From an uncultured bacterium (lineage in GTDB: Bacteria > Lernaellota > Lernaellaia > Lernaellales > Lernaellaceae), in assembly GCA_964534375.1 (NCBI GenBank), contig CAZHPN010000060.1:1-31719 (forward strand): DNA of 31,719 nt, written 5' to 3'. Below the pieces are notes generated by a model. That model did not search any database. It was not told the origin of the DNA and saw only the letters and a list, made by a program, of their open reading frames with translations. The position numbers and the translations under genes are program-made. Shown here one piece after another: positions 27,156 to 31,719 of this stretch; within the stretch, counting starts at the first letter, position 1, and each line of letters starts with the position of its first letter.

Positions 27156-27999
27156 CGCTTTCCGACTCCGCCTCCGCGGCCGGCCGGGGGGCGACCTCGC
27201 CGGTCGGCGTGAGCGGCTGCAATTCCTGCCGCTCGAACGGTTCTTCCCGGCCTTCCTCGAAGGACAAATAGATTTTCCCGGTGAAAATATCGTAGCGCGA
27301 CACGCGGCCGATGCCCTTGGGCGACATCACGCGTTTGCCGACCTTCGGCAGGCCGACGCGGAAATCGGCGTAGATATCCTGCTCGTACGACAAACAGCAC
27401 AGCAGCCGCCCGCAGCCGCCCGAGACCTTCGCCGGGTTCAGCGACAGCCCTTGGTCTTTCGCCATGCGGATCGACACCGGCGAGAAGTTGGGCAGCCAGC
27501 CCGAACAGCAGAAGACGCGGCCGCAGACGCCCAATCCGCCGAGAATCTTCGCCTCGTCGCGCACGCCGATCTGGTACATCTCGATGCGCGTGCGCAAGCG
27601 CTGCGCCAAGCGCCGCACCAACTCGCGAAAATCGACGCGGCCTTCCGCGGTGAAGTAAAAAATGGCCTTCGAACCGTCGTACACGTACTCGGATTTGACC
27701 AGTTTCATCGGCAGGTTGTGCTCGATGACGGCCTGCCGGCAGACGCGCAACGCTTCGGTCTCGCGCGCCTTGAATTCCTGCGCCCGGCGCAGGTCGTCGT
27801 CCGACGCCTTGCGCTCGGCCTTCGCCGGCGCGTCGGGCAACGTCCATTCGCCTTCCTGCGGGGCGTCGACGGCGCTGCCCAGCCGCGCGCCGCGTTCGCC
27901 CTCAACGACGAGCACATCGCCGCAGGCGATCTCCAAGCGGCCGGCGTCGTAACTGTAAACCCGGCGGCTGCCGGGAAAGCGTATTTTCACGATTCTCAT
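27148..27999 (-). CDS. PSP1 domain protein (RicT/YaaT-like)
   Basis: Motifs FYFTAEGRVDFRELV, QIGVRDEAK, GVCGRVFCC and MAKDQGLSLNPAKVSGGCGRLLCCLSYE. The ATG at 27999 overlaps the holB stop (ATGA). Confidence 0.92.
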   Translation of the reverse strand: MRIVKIRFPGSRRVYSYDAGRLEIACGDVLVVEGERGARLGSAVDAPQEGEWTLPDAPAKAERKASDDDLRRAQEFKARETEALRVCRQAVIEHNLPMKLVKSEYVYDGSKAIFYFTAEGRVDFRELVRRLAQRLRTRIEMYQIGVRDEAKILGGLGVCGRVFCCSGWLPNFSPVSIRMAKDQGLSLNPAKVSGGCGRLLCCLSYEQDIYADFRVGLPKVGKRVMSPKGIGRVSRYDIFTGKIYLSFEEGREEPFERQELQPLTPTGEVAPRPAAEAESESDE

Positions 28000-29018
28000 C
28001 GGGGCAATCTTCCTTTCGCAAAATCGGTCGGCGCCGGCGACAGCAACTCCACGCACAAACCGGCCGCGATCGCCGGCTTCGCGATGTTGCGTTCGACCAG
28101 GCGCCGCGCCCGCGCCAAGGATCGGATTTTGCGCGCTAATGCGTCAATTGTCATCCGCCCCGCATATTGAGCCACGGCCGCTTGCGCGTCGCGGTTGCGC
28201 AGTCGCCGCGAATCGCCCGTCGCGCGCCACGCCGCGGCGTCGCGCACGAAGCCGGCCAGCAGTTCGACCGCGTCAACCAAACCCGGGTCGGTCTCCAGCA
28301 TTTTTTCGGCCAGCGCCAGCGCCGCCGCGACATCGTTGGGTCTGGCCCCGGCCAACGCGTCGAACAAGGCGAGGCGCGGCCCGCGCAGGAATTCGACGTC
28401 GAGCGTCGCGGCGCGCCCGACGCTGCCCTCGGCGAGCGCGGCAATCAGCGCCGCGTCTTCTTCGCCGGCGCTCATGTTCGCGGCGACCCACGCGCGCACT
28501 TCTTCTTCGGCGAGCAAGCCGAAGCGCAGCGTCTGGCAACGGCTGACGACCGTCGGCAACAACTGGTGCGCCGCACTCGACGTCAGAATGATCGCCGTTC
28601 GCGCGTTCGGCTCTTCCAGGGTTTTCAGCAGGGCGTTGGCCGCTTCGGGGTTCATCTGCTCGGCGTCGGCGATCAGGCAGACCTTCACGCGGCCTTCGTA
28701 CGGCGCGTATTGCAGCGTTTTGATCAGCTCGCGGATTTGCTCGATGAGGATAAATTTTTTGTCTTCGAGCTTCGCGATTTCGTGAAAATCCGGATGATTC
28801 CCCTGCGCCATCTTGCGGCAACTGCGGCACGCGCCGCAGGCGTCGTCCGGACGGTCGAGACAGTTGAGCGCAGCGGCGAAGGTGCGCGCGACCGTGTGCT
28901 TGCCGACGCCCGGCGGCCCCGTGAACAGATACGCGTGCGCGACCGTGCCGCGCTGCATCGCCCGGCGCAACGATTCGATGATGCGCGCGTGCCCGCGGAT
29001 GTCGGCGAAACCACTCAC
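27996..29018 (-). CDS. holB: DNA polymerase III subunit delta'
   Basis: Motifs HAYLFTGPPGVGK, zinc module CGACRSC, HPDF, AANALLKTLEEP and LLPTVVSRCQ. The GTG at 29018 overlaps the tmk stop (GTGA). Confidence 0.95.
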   Translation of the reverse strand: MSGFADIRGHARIIESLRRAMQRGTVAHAYLFTGPPGVGKHTVARTFAAALNCLDRPDDACGACRSCRKMAQGNHPDFHEIAKLEDKKFILIEQIRELIKTLQYAPYEGRVKVCLIADAEQMNPEAANALLKTLEEPNARTAIILTSSAAHQLLPTVVSRCQTLRFGLLAEEEVRAWVAANMSAGEEDAALIAALAEGSVGRAATLDVEFLRGPRLALFDALAGARPNDVAAALALAEKMLETDPGLVDAVELLAGFVRDAAAWRATGDSRRLRNRDAQAAVAQYAGRMTIDALARKIRSLARARRLVERNIAKPAIAAGLCVELLSPAPTDFAKGRLPR

Positions 29019-29659
29019 GGCGCGCTCCGCGCCAGCAGCTCGTCGAGCGCCGCGCGCGTTTGCGCCCACACGGCGTCCGCCGGCGGCGCCGCGTCGATCA
29101 CGCGGAAACGCTCCCGATGACGCTGCGCCAGCAAGAGATAGCCTTCGCGCAACTTGCGGTGGAAGGCGAGCGCCTCGCGCTCGAAACGATCTTCGCGGCC
29201 GGCCGGCGCCTGGTCGGCGATCCGCGCGCGAGCCCGGGCCAGGCCGATCTCGACCGGCAGGTCGTAGAGCAGCGTCGCATCCGGCTGCAACCCGCCGGTG
29301 GCCAGCGCGTTGAGCTGTTCGACGAGTTCGCCGCCCAAACCGCGTGCGTGGCCCTGGTAGGCCCAGGTCGAATCGGCGAAGCGGTCGCACAGCACGACCG
29401 CCCCTTCCGCGAGCGCCGGCCGGATTTTCTCGGCCACATGCTGCGCGCGCGCCGCAAAATAGAGGAAAAGCTCGGTCATCGGCGCCATGCCCTGGTTCTC
29501 GGCGGTCAACAGCACGGCGCGAATCTGGTCGCTGATGATCGTGCCGCCGGGTTCGCGCGTCTTGACCACGCGCCGCCCGCGCGTTTGCAGATAGTCATAC
29601 GCCCGCGCGATCTGCGTCGATTTTCCCGAGCCTTCGGGGCCCTCGAAAGTGATGAACAA
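29015..29659 (-). CDS. tmk: Thymidylate kinase
   Basis: Motifs FITFEGPEGSGKSTQ, TREPGG, ARAQH, LCDRFADSTWAYQG and DRFE. TTG start. Confidence 0.97.
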   Translation of the reverse strand: MFITFEGPEGSGKSTQIARAYDYLQTRGRRVVKTREPGGTIISDQIRAVLLTAENQGMAPMTELFLYFAARAQHVAEKIRPALAEGAVVLCDRFADSTWAYQGHARGLGGELVEQLNALATGGLQPDATLLYDLPVEIGLARARARIADQAPAGREDRFEREALAFHRKLREGYLLLAQRHRERFRVIDAAPPADAVWAQTRAALDELLARSAP

Positions 29660-29680
29660 CCTTTTGCCTCATAAATTAAT

Positions 29681-29716
29681 AAGACCTATAGGACCTATAG
29701 GACCTATAAGTCATAT
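29681..29716. repeat. Nonamer tandem array
   Basis: AAGACCTAT-AGGACCTAT-AGGACCTAT-AAGTCATAT. Confidence 0.85.
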
Positions 29717-29750
29717 TGGCCGGCGCTGGCAAATGACGCGGCGCCGGATT

Positions 29751-29785
29751 CACTGGCCACCGGCCACTGGCCACCGACCGCTTAC
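29751..29785. repeat. Heptamer tandem array at the kbl stop codon
   Basis: CACTGGC-CACCGGC-CACTGGC-CACCGAC-CGCTTAC; the last unit contains the kbl TAA on the minus strand. Confidence 0.8.
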
Positions 29786-30975
29786 TTCACCACCCCCAGC
29801 TTTTTCCCCACCTTCACGAACGCGGCAATCGCGCGGTCGAGGTGCGCCGTTTCGTGGGCGGCGGAGATTTGCACGCGAATGCGCGCTTTGTCCTTCGGCA
29901 CGACGGGGTAAAAGAAGCCTTTGACGTAGATGCCCTCGGCCAGCATCGCGTTGGCGAAATCCTGCGACAGCTTGGCGTCGTAGAACATCACCGCACAAAT
30001 CGGGTGTGTGCTGTCGAGCACCGTGAAGCCGGCGTCCTTCATCTTGGCGCGGAAATATTTCGTGTTGTTCGCCAGCTTATCGCGCAAGGCCGGCGAGCCG
30101 GCGATCAGATCGAGCGCCTTGAGCGTGGCGCCGGCAATCATCGGCGCGAGCGTGTTCGAGAACAAATACGGCCGGCTGCGCTGGCGGAGCAGATCGACGA
30201 CCTCTTGCCGCGAGGCCGTGAACCCGCCGGAGGCGCCGCCCATCGCCTTGCCGAGCGTCGAGGTGACGATGTCGACGCGGCCGATGACGTTCTGGAAGTC
30301 GATGGCGCCGCGGCCGGTCGGCCCGAAGAAGCCGGTGGCGTGGCTGTCGTCAACCATCACCATCGCGTTGTACTTTTCGGCCAGATCGCAAATCTGATCG
30401 AGCTTCGCGATGTAGCCGTCCATCGAAAACACGCCGTCGGTGGCGATCATCCGCCGCCGTTTGCCCTGCGTTTTCTTGAGCAAGTCCTCGAGTTCGTTCA
30501 TATCGCCGTTGGCGTAGCGATGGCGCCCGGCCTTGCACAGGCGAACCCCATCGATAATCGACGCGTGGTTGAGCGCGTCCGAAATGATCGCATCTTCCTC
30601 GCCGAGCAACGTCTCGAAGAGGCCGCCGTTGGCGTCGAAACACGAGCTGTACAAAATGGCGTCGTCGAACCCGAGCCACTTGGCCAACCGCTGCTCGAGC
30701 TTCCGGTGCAGATCGAGCGTGCCGCAGATGAAGCGCACGCTGCTCATGCCGAAGCCGTAGCGATCGAGCGTCTGTTTCGCCGCCTCGATCAGCGCCGGGT
30801 GGTTCGCCAGGCCGAGATAATTGTTGGCGCAGAAATTGAGCACGCGCCCCTCGGCCACGTCGATCTCGGCCCATTGCTGGCCGAGAATGGGCCATTCGAT
30901 CTTGAACAGGCCGTCCGTTTTGATCTGCGCCAGCGTCGCCTGCAATTCGTCTTTCACCGCGCCGTACATCGCCAT
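29782..30975 (-). CDS. kbl: Glycine C-acetyltransferase (2-amino-3-ketobutyrate CoA ligase)
   Basis: Motifs [52 protein letters not shown] (PLP Lys) and [11 protein letters not shown]. Adjacent to tdh. Confidence 0.96.
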   Translation of the reverse strand: MAMYGAVKDELQATLAQIKTDGLFKIEWPILGQQWAEIDVAEGRVLNFCANNYLGLANHPALIEAAKQTLDRYGFGMSSVRFICGTLDLHRKLEQRLAKWLGFDDAILYSSCFDANGGLFETLLGEEDAIISDALNHASIIDGVRLCKAGRHRYANGDMNELEDLLKKTQGKRRRMIATDGVFSMDGYIAKLDQICDLAEKYNAMVMVDDSHATGFFGPTGRGAIDFQNVIGRVDIVTSTLGKAMGGASGGFTASRQEVVDLLRQRSRPYLFSNTLAPMIAGATLKALDLIAGSPALRDKLANNTKYFRAKMKDAGFTVLDSTHPICAVMFYDAKLSQDFANAMLAEGIYVKGFFYPVVPKDKARIRVQISAAHETAHLDRAIAAFVKVGKKLGVVK

Positions 30976-30987
30976 CCTCCTTGCAGC

Positions 30988-31719
30988 TCACAAATCGAGA
31001 ATCACCTTGCCGCAATTTCCCTGCCGCATCAGTTGAAAGCCTTTTTCGTATTCGTCGAACGGGAAATGGTGCGTGATGATTTCCTGCAGCTTGATGTTCG
31101 TGTTTTTCAACAGGCCGGCCATGCGGTACCATGTGTCGTAGATGTGCCGGCCGCAAATGCCGTGAATGCGGATCGCCTTGAACACGATTTCCTCGGAAAT
31201 GTCGAACGCGACTCGTTCGCTCGGCAGGCCCAGCAGCACCAAATCGCCGCCCGGATGCACGCTCTCGATCGCCGCGCGCACCGACGCCGCGCTGCCGGCG
31301 ATTTCGATAACGACGTCGGCCCCCTTCCCGCCCGTGATCTTGCGGATTTCCGCGGCCACGTCGGCGACCTCGTTCACGTCGATCACGTGCGTCGCGCCGA
31401 CGCGTTTGGCCAGGTCGAGGCGGTATTTGTTGCCCTTGTCCAGCGCGATGACCTGCGCCGCGCCGATCGCGTGCAGCACCGTGACCGCGAGCAAGCCGAC
31501 CGGCCCGCAACCGAAGACGACCACCTTTTTTGTCACACAATCCGCCGCGAAGACCGCGTGCACGGCGTTGCCGAGCGGATCCTGAATCGCCGCGACTTCC
31601 GGCGGCACGGCCGGGTCGTTCTTCCAGAGGTTCACTTCCGGCAGCGTCAAGTACTCGGCGAACGCGCCGTCGCAATCGTAGCCGAGGCCGAGCCAGTCTT
31701 CGCAGATGTGCGCCTGGCC
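30988..31719 (-). CDS. tdh: L-threonine 3-dehydrogenase (Zn-dependent MDR), 5' part beyond the right edge
   Basis: The frame is open to the window edge (GQAHICEDWLGLGYDCDGAFAEY...), with QDPLGNAVH, GCGPVG, GICGRHIYDTWY and GKVIL. Directly upstream of kbl. Confidence 0.92.
   Translation of the reverse strand, partial: GQAHICEDWLGLGYDCDGAFAEYLTLPEVNLWKNDPAVPPEVAAIQDPLGNAVHAVFAADCVTKKVVVFGCGPVGLLAVTVLHAIGAAQVIALDKGNKYRLDLAKRVGATHVIDVNEVADVAAEIRKITGGKGADVVIEIAGSAASVRAAIESVHPGGDLVLLGLPSERVAFDISEEIVFKAIRIHGICGRHIYDTWYRMAGLLKNTNIKLQEIITHHFPFDEYEKGFQLMRQGNCGKVILDL

Overview
GC-rich bacterial chromosomal window whose gene content looks deltaproteobacterial (Myxococcota/Desulfobacterota-like; inference only). 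It is mostly core and metabolic genes. Left to right: a GT-C (ArnT/PMT-like) membrane glycosyltransferase running off the left edge and missing from the ORF track, ridA, a HAD-IB hydrolase, a GLYK-type kinase, tRNA-Pro(TGG)-prmC-murA, a DUF4388-like/TPR protein, a 365-bp internally deleted IS1634-like element, and an etfB-etfA(ferredoxin-fused)-membrane Fe-S/CCG oxidoreductase operon. Next come a divergent aglRQS-like ExbB/ExbD/ExbD proton-motor cluster followed by HAMP and SH3/FxLYD-like membrane proteins, fabH, and an hpt-glucokinase-glgC-GH57-GH57-galT-like alpha-glucan operon. The right end holds tdh-kbl-tmk-holB-ricT-ubiA-family genes. The most notable signals are the AglRQS-like motor with unusual downstream partners, degenerate 7-mer and 9-mer tandem arrays at gene ends (one forming a long inverted structure and supplying a protein C-terminus), a GalT-like enzyme lacking both CxxC zinc motifs, the ferredoxin-fused ETF with a membrane oxidoreductase, and a probable leaderless transcript. 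No CRISPR array, prophage or defence system was seen. All calls come from reading motifs by eye; no searches were run.
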